Positions 1-11,376 of a stretch of 64,000 bases of DNA are shown here, piece by piece. The DNA is taken from positions 20,116-84,115 of the forward strand of contig NZHP01000036.1 of assembly GCA_002691465.1 (NCBI GenBank). Direction: 5' to 3'. The notes below the pieces were generated by a model. That model did no database searches and was not told the DNA's origin. It saw nothing but the letters and a program-made list of their open reading frames with translations. The translations under genes were made by a program, and so were the position numbers. Positions within the stretch are counted from its first letter, which is position 1; every line of letters begins with the position of its first letter. Source of the DNA: Gammaproteobacteria bacterium (lineage in GTDB: Bacteria > Pseudomonadota > Gammaproteobacteria > Steroidobacterales > UBA11654).

Positions 1-811
1 CTCCAGCTTCATTCAAGGCTTCGTATTTGCTTAAAGCAGTTCCCTCATTTCCAGTAACTATTGCTCCTGCATGGCCCATTCTTTTCCCAGGAGGCGCTGA
101 AACTCCAGCCACATAAGCAATAACAGGCTTGCTAATATTCTCTTTGATGAACTCAGCGGCCTTCTCTTCGTCTGAACCGCCAATTTCGCCAACCATTACG
201 ATGCCTTCTGTCGCTTGATCTTTCTCAAAGAGTGACAAACATTCAATAAAATTTAGACCCTTGATTGGATCACCACCTATCCCAATACAGGTGCTTTGAC
301 CAAGACCACACATCGAAGTTTGATGAACAGCCTCATAAGTCAATGTACCCGATCTTGAAATGATGCCTACAGACCCTTTTTGATGAATAAAAGCTGGCAT
401 GATTCCAATCTTAGTTTCTTCAGGTGTTATGATGCCAGGACAGTTTGGTCCCAATAGTATAGAGTCAGAACCATTGAGCATAGCTTTAACTTCGATCATA
501 TCTTGTACAGGGACTCCCTCGGTGATACAAACAATAAGCCCTATTTCAGATTCAATTGCTGATTTCATTGCATCTGCCGCAAATTTCGCCGGAACAAATA
601 TCATGCTGACGTCTATTTCTAACCCTGCTTTGGCTTCAGCAACTGAATTAAAAACTGGAACATCAAGATGAGTTGATCCACCTTTTCCTGGAGTTACTCC
701 AGCTACAATATTTGAACCGTATTCAATACATTGTTCTGCATGAAAAGAGCCTTGGGAACCTGTGATTCCCTGACAGAGGATTCTAGTCTCTTTATTCACT
801 AAAACACTCAT
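1..811 (-). CDS. sucD: Succinyl-CoA synthetase alpha subunit (3' end runs off window)
   Basis: Not in the ORF track. Manual translation from ATG at 811 gives [32 protein letters not shown]..., later GPNCPG and the phospho-His motif RMGHAGA. ATGA overlap with the sucC stop. Confidence 0.95.
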   Translation of the reverse strand, partial: MSVLVNKETRILCQGITGSQGSFHAEQCIEYGSNIVAGVTPGKGGSTHLDVPVFNSVAEAKAGLEIDVSMIFVPAKFAADAMKSAIESEIGLIVCITEGVPVQDMIEVKAMLNGSDSILLGPNCPGIITPEETKIGIMPAFIHQKGSVGIISRSGTLTYEAVHQTSMCGLGQSTCIGIGGDPIKGLNFIECLSLFEKDQATEGIVMVGEIGGSDEEKAAEFIKENISKPVIAYVAGVSAPPGKRMGHAGAIVTGNEGTALSKYEALNEAG

Positions 812-1980
812 TCTGTTTTTCCTTTAATTGAAGCCACTACTTTTATTGCAGCATCTGTAAGATCACTAGCTGAAATAATCTTCATTCCTGATTCTTCGAG
901 AATTTTTGTACCCAATTCAACATTTGTTCCCTGCAAGCGAACAACAATGGGTATATCTATGGCCGTTGATTTCACGGCTTCATAAATACCTTGGGCAATT
1001 ATATCGCAACGAACAATCCCACCAAAAATATTGATTAAAATAGCATCGACATTGGGATTTTCCATAATAATCTCAATTGCTATCTTGACTCTTTCGGTTG
1101 TAGCACCTCCGCCCACATCTAGAAAATTTGCCGGCTCACCTCCATGCAGTTTGATTAGATCCATGGTGGCCATTGCGAGCCCCGCTCCATTGACCATGCA
1201 AGCAATATTTCCATCCAGAGAAACATAGCTTAAATCATGATTTGAAGCCTTGACTTCGAGCTCATTTTCCTGAGAGTCATCTTTGTATGATAAGAGCTCA
1301 TGTTGTCTGAACAATGCATTGCTTTCGATCGATATCTTTGCATCCAGAGCAATGAGCTGATTGTCATCGTCCAAAATAAGAGGATTCACCTCGATCAGAT
1401 TTGCATCCTTATCTTTGGCAATTTCAAACATCTTCCTTGTGATGGAAATAAATTGAGATTGTATATCATCAACAAATTCCATTCGATCTGCCATTTCTTT
1501 TAAAGAGCCTATTTCTAGACCTTTTAATGGGTCTATCGTGTAGTTGATGATCTTATCTGGAGACTCTTCAGCAACAGCTTCTATGTCAACTCCGCCCTCT
1601 TTTGATGCAATGAATGTCCATGATTCTTTTGTTCGATCAACCAATAAGCTTAGATAATATTCACTTTGAATTGATGTACCTGATTCGATATAGACCTGGC
1701 TAACTGGCAGCCCCAGATCATCAGTTTGCTTTGTTATCAAATTACTTCCAAGCATTTCAGCAGCTCTTTCTTGAACCTCATCTATGCTCTTTGCAATTTT
1801 GACTCCCCCGGCTTTTCCGCGCCCACCAGCATGAACTTGAGCCTTAACCACCCATATATCAGACTGAAGTTTCTCTGCTGCTGATTTCGCTTCATCTGGA
1901 GAATTGGCTATTTTTCCTTTTAATACCGGTATGCCATGATCTAAAAATAGCTTCTTTGACTGGTATTCATGTAAATTCAT
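808..1980 (-). CDS. sucC: Succinyl-CoA synthetase beta subunit
   Basis: MNLHEYQSK start, [35 protein letters not shown]. Confidence 0.97.
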   Translation of the reverse strand: MNLHEYQSKKLFLDHGIPVLKGKIANSPDEAKSAAEKLQSDIWVVKAQVHAGGRGKAGGVKIAKSIDEVQERAAEMLGSNLITKQTDDLGLPVSQVYIESGTSIQSEYYLSLLVDRTKESWTFIASKEGGVDIEAVAEESPDKIINYTIDPLKGLEIGSLKEMADRMEFVDDIQSQFISITRKMFEIAKDKDANLIEVNPLILDDDNQLIALDAKISIESNALFRQHELLSYKDDSQENELEVKASNHDLSYVSLDGNIACMVNGAGLAMATMDLIKLHGGEPANFLDVGGGATTERVKIAIEIIMENPNVDAILINIFGGIVRCDIIAQGIYEAVKSTAIDIPIVVRLQGTNVELGTKILEESGMKIISASDLTDAAIKVVASIKGKTE

Positions 1981-2073
1981 AATTTGAAACTCAAAAGATT
2001 AGTCACAGACTCATAACAAGAATGATATTTTGATCTAAACTGTAATCTATTGAAACCTTTTTTCTAATAATTT

Positions 2074-2676
2074 ATGGATGAAAGTAAAAAAATAGGACTG
2101 ACAGGTGGAATAGCATCTGGAAAAACAACTGTCAGCGATTGTTTTAAAAATATTGGCACTCAAGTAATCGATGCCGATGAGATTTCTCATGACGTTACAA
2201 AACCTGATGGCTCAGCATTCAAAGATATTATATCCTCTTTTGGGCCAGATATTCTCGATGAGAATGGATGGATCAATAGAAAAAAAATGAGGTCTATTAT
2301 CTTTGATGATGTGAGCAAGAAAAAGATGCTTGAGAAAATCATACACCCCAAGGTCAGGAAAGAAATGCTTAAAGCAATCAATCAATCTAATGATCATTAT
2401 TTGATCATTTCGGTACCCTTATTGGTTGAGACTGGAATGAATCAAATGATGGACAGAACTCTTGTTGTGGACTGCTCAGAGTCTACTCAAATAGAGCGAC
2501 TGATGGATAGAGACAAGATTACTTTTGATGAAGCAAAGTCCATAATGGCCAATCAAGCAATTAGATCAGATCGTCAAAGATTTGCCGATGACTTGATTGT
2601 TAATGAAAAAAATGTCACTTTGAAAGAATTAGAAAAGCAAGTGTTTGATCTTCACAAGCGCTATTCCAAACTATAA
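2074..2676 (+). CDS. coaE: Dephospho-CoA kinase
   Basis: IGLTGGIASGKTTV P-loop, IDAD, IIHPKVR, VPLLVE; adjacent to zapD. Confidence 0.95.
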   Translation: MDESKKIGLTGGIASGKTTVSDCFKNIGTQVIDADEISHDVTKPDGSAFKDIISSFGPDILDENGWINRKKMRSIIFDDVSKKKMLEKIIHPKVRKEMLKAINQSNDHYLIISVPLLVETGMNQMMDRTLVVDCSESTQIERLMDRDKITFDEAKSIMANQAIRSDRQRFADDLIVNEKNVTLKELEKQVFDLHKRYSKL

Positions 2677-2690
2677 AAAGCTTCAGATAC

Positions 2691-3446
2691 ATGGAACAGG
2701 GAATATATGAATTACCACTTAATGAAAGGCTAAGAACTTTCATGAGAATAGAATTCTTATTCAATCGACTAAATACTTTCAGTGGCTCAAAAGATCAATG
2801 GCAGATCAGAACAACAATTCATACTCTTCTTGAAATTTATACGATCTTAGCAAGAACGGATGTTAGGAGAGAGGTATTGGCAGATTTGGATCGCTACATT
2901 ATTCAAATGCAGAGATTTCAATCAATGCCCAATGCTGATAATGAGATGGCAACAAACTTATTGGAAGATCTGAACATCATAAAAGATAAAATGCTCAGTC
3001 TTGGAACTGGATACCTTCATCCACTGAGAGACGATGACTACATTTCAGCACTCTTACACAGACACACATTGCCAGGGGGTAAAGCTGAGTTTGATATGCC
3101 TCGTTACAAGTTTTGGCTAGAGGGAGACCCAAAAACTGTCAAAGATGATTTAAATGGATGGATAAATATAATCGAACCGATATGTAGCGGAATTGAGAAA
3201 CTGTTGTGGATTATAAGAGAAAGCAGTGAGCCGATTGGAACTGTTGCAAATACTGGTCAGTATAATCATCAAATTGGTAAAACAGCTCAAATCTCACTCA
3301 TAAGGGTTTTTCTAGAAAATTCATCTGTCTATCCAGAAATTAGTGGGGGTAGGCACATGATTGCAATTAGGTTTTTAGAAAGGGATATAGACGGCCGTTT
3401 CCTTCAAACTGAAGAAAATATTGAATTTAAGCTATCCCTCTGCTGA
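2691..3446 (+). CDS. zapD: Cell division protein ZapD
   Basis: YELPLNERLRTFMRIE, LPGG..FDMP, YPEISG, C-terminal FKLSLC; coaE-zapD synteny. Confidence 0.92.
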   Translation: MEQGIYELPLNERLRTFMRIEFLFNRLNTFSGSKDQWQIRTTIHTLLEIYTILARTDVRREVLADLDRYIIQMQRFQSMPNADNEMATNLLEDLNIIKDKMLSLGTGYLHPLRDDDYISALLHRHTLPGGKAEFDMPRYKFWLEGDPKTVKDDLNGWINIIEPICSGIEKLLWIIRESSEPIGTVANTGQYNHQIGKTAQISLIRVFLENSSVYPEISGGRHMIAIRFLERDIDGRFLQTEENIEFKLSLC

Positions 3447-3458
3447 GTGATTCATTAA

Positions 3459-6164
3459 TCACTGCGAAATCATTCCGTGACATTTTTTGTATTTTTTACC
3501 TGAACCACATGGACATGGTTCATTCCGTCCAATCTTGTCTTGACCTCTGATAAATGTCTTTGTATCACTCTTCTTTTGTCCCGAATCTGAGGGCTTAAAT
3601 GCTGACCCTTGATTATGTGATAATCTAACACTATCCTTCTTTTGTGACTGTAGATTAACCGATTCAGCATCCTCTTCACCCCTAAATCTAGCTTTTGCCA
3701 ATATCCCAATGGCATTGGTCTTCAACTGATCCATCATGAAAGAAAACATCTCAAATGACTCCCTCTTGTATTCTTGCTTTGGATTTTTTTGGGCATAACC
3801 TCTGAGATGAATGCCCTGACGAAGATGATCCATTGATGCCAAATGCTCTCTCCATTGCATGTCCAGCTGCTGAATCATTATGGCTTTTTCAATCTCTCTC
3901 ATTGGACGCTGGCCTATTGCATTTTCTTTAATACTGTAGTTCTTTTTAAACTCTTGATGTACAACATTCCAAACATTGTCCTCATTGATAGTTTCGTCTC
4001 TTTCTATAATGCTTTCCAAGTCAATATCAATCATGTAGTCATTCAGGAGAGCTTGTTGCAAGCCGTCTAGATCCCATGTTTCTTCCATTGATTCAGGCTC
4101 TATATACTGACTAACCAAATCTTGGATCACTTCCTCGCTAATACCATCAATCATCTCACCTATACTTTCAGCATCTAAAATATCCTTCCTCAACTGATAA
4201 ATTACACTTCTCTGATCATTGGCTACATCATCATATTCCAATAAGTTTTTTCGAATATCGAAGTTGTGAGACTCGACTTTTGTTTGCGCTCTCTCAATTT
4301 GTTTAGTTAGAAGATTGCTCTCGATAGCCTCTTCTTCTTCCATGCCAACTCTGGATAACATTGTTTGTGTTTTCTGAGGATCGCCAAATATTCTCAATAA
4401 ATCGTCGTCCAAGGACAAATAGAATCTGCTCGAACCAGGATCGCCCTGCCTACCAGATCGGCCTCTCAATTGATTGTCGATTCTTCTAGACTCATGACGC
4501 TCTGTGCCAATGATATGCAATCCGCCAGCATCAATAACTTCTTGGTGTCTTTCAGACCATTCTTTTCTAATTTGATCAATATGATCTTTGGAAATACCGT
4601 CACCGTGTGACTTTATCTCTGCATCTAAATTCCCACCGAGAACAATATCTGTTCCTCGGCCCGCCATATTTGTTGCGATGGTCACGGCACCTGGTTTTCC
4701 AGCCTGCGCAATAATCATAGATTCTTTTTTATGTTGTTTTGCATTGAGAACTTCGTGCTTAATTTTTTCTTTCTGCAGAAGTTTTGAAATAAATTCTGAA
4801 TTCTCAATGGACGCTGTTCCCAATAAAACTGGCTGTCCTATCTCTTGCTTCTCTTTGATATCAGTAATGATATTCCTAAATTTACCATCTTGATTTAGAT
4901 AGACAAGATCAGGCATATCTTTACGAATCATTGGCTCATGTGTTGGTATAACGACAACCTCTAATCCATAGATTTGCTGAAACTCAAATGCCTCTGTATC
5001 AGCTGTTCCTGTCATACCAGATAATGTGTTGTATAGTCTAAAATAGTTTTGAAAAGTAATAGAAGCAATGGTCTGATTTTCTTCCTTAATTCTTAGATTT
5101 TCCTTTGCTTCAACTGCTTGATGTAAACCATCAGACCATCTTCTTCCAGCCATTGTCCGGCCTGTAAACTCATCGACGATAATAACTTCACCTTCTTTTA
5201 CAATGTAATCAACATCTTTTTGAAACAGCTTATGAGCCCTAATGGCTGCATTGATATGATGCATCAAACGAATATTTTGTGGATCGTATAAACTTTCCCC
5301 AGTTTTAAGTAAACCCATCCCGTTTAGAATTCTCTCAACACTCGAATGCCCCAATTCTGTGAGATAAATCTGTTTTGTTTTTTCATCAACTGTGAAATCT
5401 TTTGTATCTTCTTCATCAATTGCTTCTTCCAACTTGGGCACAATTGAATTCATTCTCTGATATAGCTCTGTACTATCATCTGCTCTGCCAGAAATGATTA
5501 GGGGAGTTCTTGCTTCATCAATTAATATTGAGTCTACTTCGTCTACAATCGCAAACCCTAAAGACCCTTGAGATTGATTCTCCTTCTCAAAAGCAAGATT
5601 GTCTCTTAAGTAATCAAAACCGAATTCATTGTTTGTGCCATAGGTTATATTGCAATCATATGATTCCTTTCTTTCTCTCGGGTTTTGTTCTGACTTAATA
5701 CATCCAACGGTAAGTCCTAAAAATTCATAGATGGGTTTCATCCATGCAGCATCTCTTTCTGCAAGATATTCATTGACTGTGACGATATGAACAGACTCTC
5801 CTGAAATCGAATTGAGATATGCCGGTAATGTTGAAACGAGTGTCTTGCCCTCTCCTGTTTTCATCTCAGCGATTTTTCCCTGATGAAGCGTTATCCCTCC
5901 AATCATTTGTGCATCATAATGTCTAAGGCCTAATGTTCTTATGGATGCTTCTCTTACAACAGCGAATGCTTCTGGGAGTATTTCATCCAGATCATTATGT
6001 TTTTCATATTTAGACTTTAACTCTTCCGTCTTAGCTAATATTTCTTGATCTGAGAGACTCTTTAAATGATCCTCAAAAAGATTGATCTCATCTACAATCT
6101 TTGAATAATCGGCCAATAGCCTATCATTGCGACTACCGAATATCTTTTTGAATAATTTTTTCAA
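3459..6164 (-). CDS. secA: Preprotein translocase ATPase SecA
   Basis: [29 protein letters not shown]-terminal [13 protein letters not shown]; TTG start. Confidence 0.98.
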   Translation of the reverse strand: MKKLFKKIFGSRNDRLLADYSKIVDEINLFEDHLKSLSDQEILAKTEELKSKYEKHNDLDEILPEAFAVVREASIRTLGLRHYDAQMIGGITLHQGKIAEMKTGEGKTLVSTLPAYLNSISGESVHIVTVNEYLAERDAAWMKPIYEFLGLTVGCIKSEQNPRERKESYDCNITYGTNNEFGFDYLRDNLAFEKENQSQGSLGFAIVDEVDSILIDEARTPLIISGRADDSTELYQRMNSIVPKLEEAIDEEDTKDFTVDEKTKQIYLTELGHSSVERILNGMGLLKTGESLYDPQNIRLMHHINAAIRAHKLFQKDVDYIVKEGEVIIVDEFTGRTMAGRRWSDGLHQAVEAKENLRIKEENQTIASITFQNYFRLYNTLSGMTGTADTEAFEFQQIYGLEVVVIPTHEPMIRKDMPDLVYLNQDGKFRNIITDIKEKQEIGQPVLLGTASIENSEFISKLLQKEKIKHEVLNAKQHKKESMIIAQAGKPGAVTIATNMAGRGTDIVLGGNLDAEIKSHGDGISKDHIDQIRKEWSERHQEVIDAGGLHIIGTERHESRRIDNQLRGRSGRQGDPGSSRFYLSLDDDLLRIFGDPQKTQTMLSRVGMEEEEAIESNLLTKQIERAQTKVESHNFDIRKNLLEYDDVANDQRSVIYQLRKDILDAESIGEMIDGISEEVIQDLVSQYIEPESMEETWDLDGLQQALLNDYMIDIDLESIIERDETINEDNVWNVVHQEFKKNYSIKENAIGQRPMREIEKAIMIQQLDMQWREHLASMDHLRQGIHLRGYAQKNPKQEYKRESFEMFSFMMDQLKTNAIGILAKARFRGEEDAESVNLQSQKKDSVRLSHNQGSAFKPSDSGQKKSDTKTFIRGQDKIGRNEPCPCGSGKKYKKCHGMISQ

Positions 6165-6281
6165 TTGAAAGCCTTCTTTAAATTCTCCATGAGTAAATTA
6201 ATCCCCATAGAATTATTAGGCTGATATTATACTTCTAAGAAAAATAATTTTGCCCAATAGTTCACTTTCGACAAATTAATC

Positions 6282-6569
6282 ATGAAGCATATATCAGAGA
6301 TTATAAGAGAAGATTTAGGGTTGAATAGGAAAAATTCAAGCCTCCTCCATAAAAAAACAAAAATATATAAGCATCTTATAGAGAGCCTAAAAGATAAACC
6401 TTGCATAATTGAAAATGCTTATCAAAAGGAAGAAACACTTTATATAGAGTGTAATAGTGCTGAAGAAACAGATGCCTTGAGATATGAAGAAAGAAATATT
6501 AAGAAAATATTATCTAAAATAAATGTCTTTCCAGACAAGATTAAATTCAGAACAAAGGTTGGGAATTAA
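6282..6569 (+). CDS. Small basic protein, probable divergent DciA/DUF721 family
   Basis: Opposite-strand position between lpxC and secA is the usual DUF721/dciA slot; LYIEC.SAE..DALRY..RNI resembles the family motif; size fits a truncated form. Confidence 0.55.
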   Translation: MKHISEIIREDLGLNRKNSSLLHKKTKIYKHLIESLKDKPCIIENAYQKEETLYIECNSAEETDALRYEERNIKKILSKINVFPDKIKFRTKVGN

Positions 6570-7480
6570 GTTTTACCCAATGCAGCTGTCCAATATGATA
6601 TTGGAATTTCCTTTATGTCCTCTTCCTCTACTTCTTCCCAAGCTGAGGAATCAGCGTAGAGTTTCCTGATTAACTTATTATTCAGGTCATGGCCAGATTT
6701 ATAACCATAATATTCACCGACCAAGATATGGCCCATGAGATATAAATCTCCAATAGCATCTAAAATTTTATGTCTAACAAACTCATCCTCAAACCTGAGT
6801 CCATCTTTATTGATGATTGTGTAATCATCGAGGACAATGGCATTATCCAAGCTTCCGCCTAATGCTAGATTATTTGATCTCAATGATTCGATGTCTCTCA
6901 AAAATCCAAATGTTCTGGCCCTTGAAATATGCTCTAGAAAATTCATAGTGGAAAAATCAAAAGTAAAATGAGTTAACTCGTTCTGAATCATTGGGTGCTC
7001 AAATTCAATATCAAATGTCAGGCGGTAACCATCGAATGGTCTAAACTCTGCAAATTTACCATCTTCTTCTACTCTTATATTCTTTTTTATTCTGAGGAAC
7101 TTCTTGGCTGCTAATTGTTCTTCAATGCCCGCTGACTCTATGAGAAGAATGAAAGATGCTGCACTTCCATCCATAATTGGTATCTCGGGGCCATGAAGAT
7201 CAATGTATAGATTATCAATACCAAGTCCCGCCAATGCAGAGAGTAAATGCTCAATAGTCATGACTGAAGTATCATTCTGAGATATTGTGGTTCCAAGATT
7301 TGTATCGGTTACGTTCTCAGAAATAGCATGAACTTCCTTTACCGGAATGGTATCCATTCTCCTGAACCTTATTCCAGAGTTCTCAGAAGCGGGTCGCAAT
7401 GTCATTTGTACCTTTTTGCCGCTGTGCAAGCCAACGCCTGATGTCTCTATGGTTTTTGCTATAGTTCTTTGATGTAACAT
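6566..7480 (-). CDS. lpxC: UDP-3-O-acyl-GlcNAc deacetylase
   Basis: GVGLHSG, TIEHLLSAL, EIPIMDGSA, ISRARTFGF, HKILDAIGDL, SGH. Confidence 0.97.
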   Translation of the reverse strand: MLHQRTIAKTIETSGVGLHSGKKVQMTLRPASENSGIRFRRMDTIPVKEVHAISENVTDTNLGTTISQNDTSVMTIEHLLSALAGLGIDNLYIDLHGPEIPIMDGSAASFILLIESAGIEEQLAAKKFLRIKKNIRVEEDGKFAEFRPFDGYRLTFDIEFEHPMIQNELTHFTFDFSTMNFLEHISRARTFGFLRDIESLRSNNLALGGSLDNAIVLDDYTIINKDGLRFEDEFVRHKILDAIGDLYLMGHILVGEYYGYKSGHDLNNKLIRKLYADSSAWEEVEEEDIKEIPISYWTAALGKT

Positions 7481-7557
7481 CTATCTTTTCAATATAAATC
7501 AATAATATAGGCAGACAAAGACTAACATAAAGAATTTATATCCCAAATATCTTTTTT

Positions 7558-8790
7558 TTATAGATTTGAAGAAAACCAATTTTGTATTTTTTGGAATAAA
7601 GGTGCTGAGGATTTTTGTTTTACCAAATCAGCTGGCTTAGATTTATATTTTTCGAGAGCATAGAGCAAAAGTCCTGCGCCAGTAGCATTTTCAGGTCCAT
7701 TAATGGATTCAAATGCTCCACTCATCGGTTTGGGATAACCTAATCTAACATCACAGCCAAAAACAGCCTCGGCCAATTCTACAGCGCCATCTAATTTAGA
7801 GGCGCCACCAGTTAGAATGACCCCTGCCCTTAAGCTCTCAAGACTAATCTTACCCACTTCTGTATTAATCACTTCAAATATTTCCTCATACCGTTGCTCG
7901 ACAACCGAAGCCAACACCTTTCTGTCAGTTTTTCTTGCTTCTCGATCACCAACACTCGGAACATCGATTAACTTATCCGTGCCGTTTAGTTTTGAGAGTG
8001 TCGCAGCATGCTTAATTTTGATTATTTCAGCTTCGTCAACGGGTGTTTTTAATTCATGAGCTATATCTTTTGTGACATGATCACCACCAACAGGAATGAC
8101 CTTTGTGGTTATAATCTGACCATCCTTAAAAATTGCAATATCAGTGGTTCCACCACCGATATCAATCAAACAAGCGCCCAATTCTTTTTCGTCTTGCGAT
8201 AGAACGGACATACTTGATGCAAGCGGCTCAAGGACAACTTCTTGGATATCAAGGTCGCAATGATAGAGTGACTTTACAATGTTTTCCTCGGCTGTTCTCG
8301 AAATAGTTACAATGTGAACATCAGCTTCTAGTCTGATTCCTGACATGCCTATAGGTTCTGAAATTCCATCTTGCCCATCAATAACAAAATCTTTCGGAAG
8401 CACATGCAGAATCCTCTCCTCAGATGGAATCTTCATGGCAATGGATGCATCAACTGCTCCATCAATATCTTCTTGTGATACTTCTCCCTCATTGATGCGA
8501 ACAAATCCATGACCATCATAACTTCTGACATGGCTGCCAGCTATGCCTGCAAAAACTGTATTAATATCACATTCTGCAATTCTTTCTGCTTGCTTGATTG
8601 CTTTTCCAATGGAATCCACGGTAGATTCAATGTTGACCACTACACCCTTCTTTAATCCTCGAGAAGGCTCTGTTCCTACTCCAATAATTTTTAGTTCATT
8701 ATCACCGTTGATTTCTGCAATCAATGCTACGATCTTGGATGTTCCAATATCCACAGATGCGATGATTTCACTTGAGCTACTTCTTACCAT
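7558..8790 (-). CDS. ftsA: Cell division protein FtsA
   Basis: DIGTSKI, GLKKGVVVNI, IDIGGGTTD, LTGGAS. Confidence 0.97.
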   Translation of the reverse strand: MVRSSSSEIIASVDIGTSKIVALIAEINGDNELKIIGVGTEPSRGLKKGVVVNIESTVDSIGKAIKQAERIAECDINTVFAGIAGSHVRSYDGHGFVRINEGEVSQEDIDGAVDASIAMKIPSEERILHVLPKDFVIDGQDGISEPIGMSGIRLEADVHIVTISRTAEENIVKSLYHCDLDIQEVVLEPLASSMSVLSQDEKELGACLIDIGGGTTDIAIFKDGQIITTKVIPVGGDHVTKDIAHELKTPVDEAEIIKIKHAATLSKLNGTDKLIDVPSVGDREARKTDRKVLASVVEQRYEEIFEVINTEVGKISLESLRAGVILTGGASKLDGAVELAEAVFGCDVRLGYPKPMSGAFESINGPENATGAGLLLYALEKYKSKPADLVKQKSSAPLFQKIQNWFSSNL

Positions 8791-8798
8791 TTGAATAT

Positions 8799-9557
8799 TT
8801 AGTTTCTTTTCTTAACTGAAAAACCTTCTGTATACCTTAGGTCAATATATTCAATTACTGTCAAATTATCTAATAGAGATTCATCCCATATCATCAAAAA
8901 TCGATCAAATCTCTCTGTGATATTCTCCTTACCAAATCGTATAGTGATATCAGGCCTAATTGTAATGCTCCAAGATCCCTTAAAATCTAGCATCACTTGC
9001 TCTATCAGAATTCCTCTTATAGCTAATTCTTCTTTAAATGATAGATACTTTTCAAAAACTATCTCTTCCTGACCATCTGGTCCATAAAATTCAACCAATC
9101 CGTTTGGTAATGTCTGCTGATTGAGAATAAAGAGAGTGCCTTTTGAGTTCATAATGGACTCACTGTTCCATCTACCAATAATTTGCTCCTCTTCAATATA
9201 GATATTTATTTGATTTGGCCATCGCCTTTCAAGGCTCGCACTTTTTACCCAATTAAATGTTTCAATTTCTTCTTTTAGCTGACTCAAACCAATTTGCAAA
9301 AACCCTTTATTATAGATCTTTGATGAAATGGCGCTCAAATCATCCAAAGATACCCTATTGATTTCGTTCAGATATTGAACCTCAGTAATTTTCTGATTAA
9401 TGATTGAAAATATAGAAAATGTAGTCGCTGACAGAATAGTCAGAAAAATTAACCTCTTAATCATTCCCCTTTTATTTCTTTCTCGATTGGACTTTACCCC
9501 GTAAGAAAATCTATTTTTCCGTTTATTCTTTTTAGATATTTTTGATAGTAATGCCAA
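8799..9557 (-). CDS. ftsQ: Cell division protein FtsQ (start uncertain)
   Basis: Basic N-tail, one TM helix, POTRA WVKSASLERRWP, C-terminal YIDLRY; lies between ddl and ftsA. Confidence 0.88.
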   Translation of the reverse strand: MALLSKISKKNKRKNRFSYGVKSNRERNKRGMIKRLIFLTILSATTFSIFSIINQKITEVQYLNEINRVSLDDLSAISSKIYNKGFLQIGLSQLKEEIETFNWVKSASLERRWPNQINIYIEEEQIIGRWNSESIMNSKGTLFILNQQTLPNGLVEFYGPDGQEEIVFEKYLSFKEELAIRGILIEQVMLDFKGSWSITIRPDITIRFGKENITERFDRFLMIWDESLLDNLTVIEYIDLRYTEGFSVKKRN

Positions 9558-9560
9558 TTT

Positions 9561-10484
9561 CTAACCCGATGATTTTAAAATCTCAAAACATAGTGATTCA
9601 AAATTAATTCCTGCCTCTTTAGCTGACATCGGTACCAAACTATGTGTTGTCATTCCAGGAACTGTATTAATTTCAAGAATTACAGGTGAGCTATCGTCAT
9701 CTAGAAAAAAATCAAGCCTACCCCATCCTTTGATATTAAATAAATTAAATGCCCTCTCACACTCGCTATTGATCGCATTTTCTATTTCTGCATCTAATCC
9801 GCATGGACAAATATATTCGGTTTCATCACTCAAATATTTTGCATCATAGTCATAGAATTCGTGATTTTTTGCTTTGATTTTGATGATTGGCAGTGCTTTG
9901 CCATTCAAAAATGTAGAAGTATATTCTTCACCTTGCATGAATTGTTCAGCGATAATCCAGTCATTGCTTTTTTCTATTTCAGAAAAACAGCTTGAATACT
10001 CTTCTTTATTTTCGATGATATAAATTCCAATGCTTGAACCTTCTGAGCATTGCTTCAACACGAATGGCTCTTTTAATTCTTTACTAATGTTTTCATATTC
10101 AGTGTTTGAATCTACAAGCATAAATTCAGGAGTTTTAAACCCATTAGATTTTAAGATTGATTTGGTAAAGTATTTATTCATCGTAATTGAACAAGTGATG
10201 GGGTCACTGCCAGTATATTTTATATTCAACATATTGAGGATTGACTGCATCTTGCCATCTTCTCCATCAGAACCATGAAGAGCTATCCATGCGTGCGTGA
10301 CTTTTTCTGTTTTTAAAACCTCAATAAAAGGCTCAATGGTATCTATAAGGATTGCTTCAACTCCCTTAGATTTAAGCGATTCGAATACAGCTTTGCCAGT
10401 TATAAGCGATATTTCCCTCTCAGAAGAACTTCCACCATAAAGCACTGCTACTTTTGAATAAGATTTTATTTCATCACTCATCAT
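9561..10484 (-). CDS. ddl: D-alanine--D-alanine ligase
   Basis: GGSSSEREISL, LHGSDGEDG, EGSSIG, FYDYDAKY omega loop, EINTVPG; start moved to the first ATG. Confidence 0.95.
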   Translation of the reverse strand: MMSDEIKSYSKVAVLYGGSSSEREISLITGKAVFESLKSKGVEAILIDTIEPFIEVLKTEKVTHAWIALHGSDGEDGKMQSILNMLNIKYTGSDPITCSITMNKYFTKSILKSNGFKTPEFMLVDSNTEYENISKELKEPFVLKQCSEGSSIGIYIIENKEEYSSCFSEIEKSNDWIIAEQFMQGEEYTSTFLNGKALPIIKIKAKNHEFYDYDAKYLSDETEYICPCGLDAEIENAINSECERAFNLFNIKGWGRLDFFLDDDSSPVILEINTVPGMTTHSLVPMSAKEAGINFESLCFEILKSSG

Positions 10485-11349
10485 GCTCACCAATGATTCT
10501 GACCTCAGTATCCAGGTTTATTCCAAAGCGATCCTTAACAGTATTCTGAATATGATTAATTAGTGTTTCAATATCTTTGGCAGTTGCCTCTTTGTCATTA
10601 ACAATAAAATTTGCATGTTTTTCTGAAACGGCACATCCTCCGATTCTAAAACCTTTTAGCCCAGATCTTTCGATGAGATCTCCAGCATGATTTCCATCTG
10701 GATTCTTGAAAACGGATCCGCATGTATTTTCAGTAAGCGGTTGGTGCTCTATTCGAGAATCCCTCAAGCTCTTTAGCTCTTCCATTGTAGTTAGCCCTTT
10801 ATATGGAAAGATCATCTCGCATGATAAGAACCAGAGTGGAAATGGGAAACTTACTGATCGATAAGAGATAGAAAATTCTTTCGGATCCAAATGATGAATG
10901 TCACCATTACGATCAATAACCTCAACACTTTTAACAAATTCCCAAGTTTCATGGCCAAAACAACCCGCATTCATGGTAAGCGCGCCTCCTATTGATCCTG
11001 GTATTCCAGAAAAAAATGCGGCCGGTCCAAAATTATTCTTTGTTGCATGCATGGCTAATTCAAAACATGAAACGCCTGCCTCTACCTTGCAATTAGATCT
11101 ATCTAATAATTGAATACTATTAAAAGATTTCTTGGTTGAAATTACTGCACCTCTAACACCCCCATCCCTCACTAAAATATTTGTTCCATTTCCTAACCAG
11201 GTGATGCTGCAGTCATTTGACTTTAAAAATTCAGAAAGTTCATCTCGACTATTTGGACTAAAAAATATGTCAGCTTTACCTCCTATTTTCCATGAAGTAT
11301 GACTAGCTAACAGCTCATTTTGAACACAATTTTTTTTAAGGATAGTCAT
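10474..11349 (-). CDS. murB: UDP-N-acetylenolpyruvoylglucosamine reductase
   Basis: HTSWKIGG, GNGTNILV, GIPGSIGGALTMNAG, CGSVFKNP, SEKHANF. Confidence 0.96.
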   Translation of the reverse strand: MTILKKNCVQNELLASHTSWKIGGKADIFFSPNSRDELSEFLKSNDCSITWLGNGTNILVRDGGVRGAVISTKKSFNSIQLLDRSNCKVEAGVSCFELAMHATKNNFGPAAFFSGIPGSIGGALTMNAGCFGHETWEFVKSVEVIDRNGDIHHLDPKEFSISYRSVSFPFPLWFLSCEMIFPYKGLTTMEELKSLRDSRIEHQPLTENTCGSVFKNPDGNHAGDLIERSGLKGFRIGGCAVSEKHANFIVNDKEATAKDIETLINHIQNTVKDRFGINLDTEVRIIGEHDE

Positions 11350-11376
11350 TAAATGGGAGGGCTAATGCCATTATTC

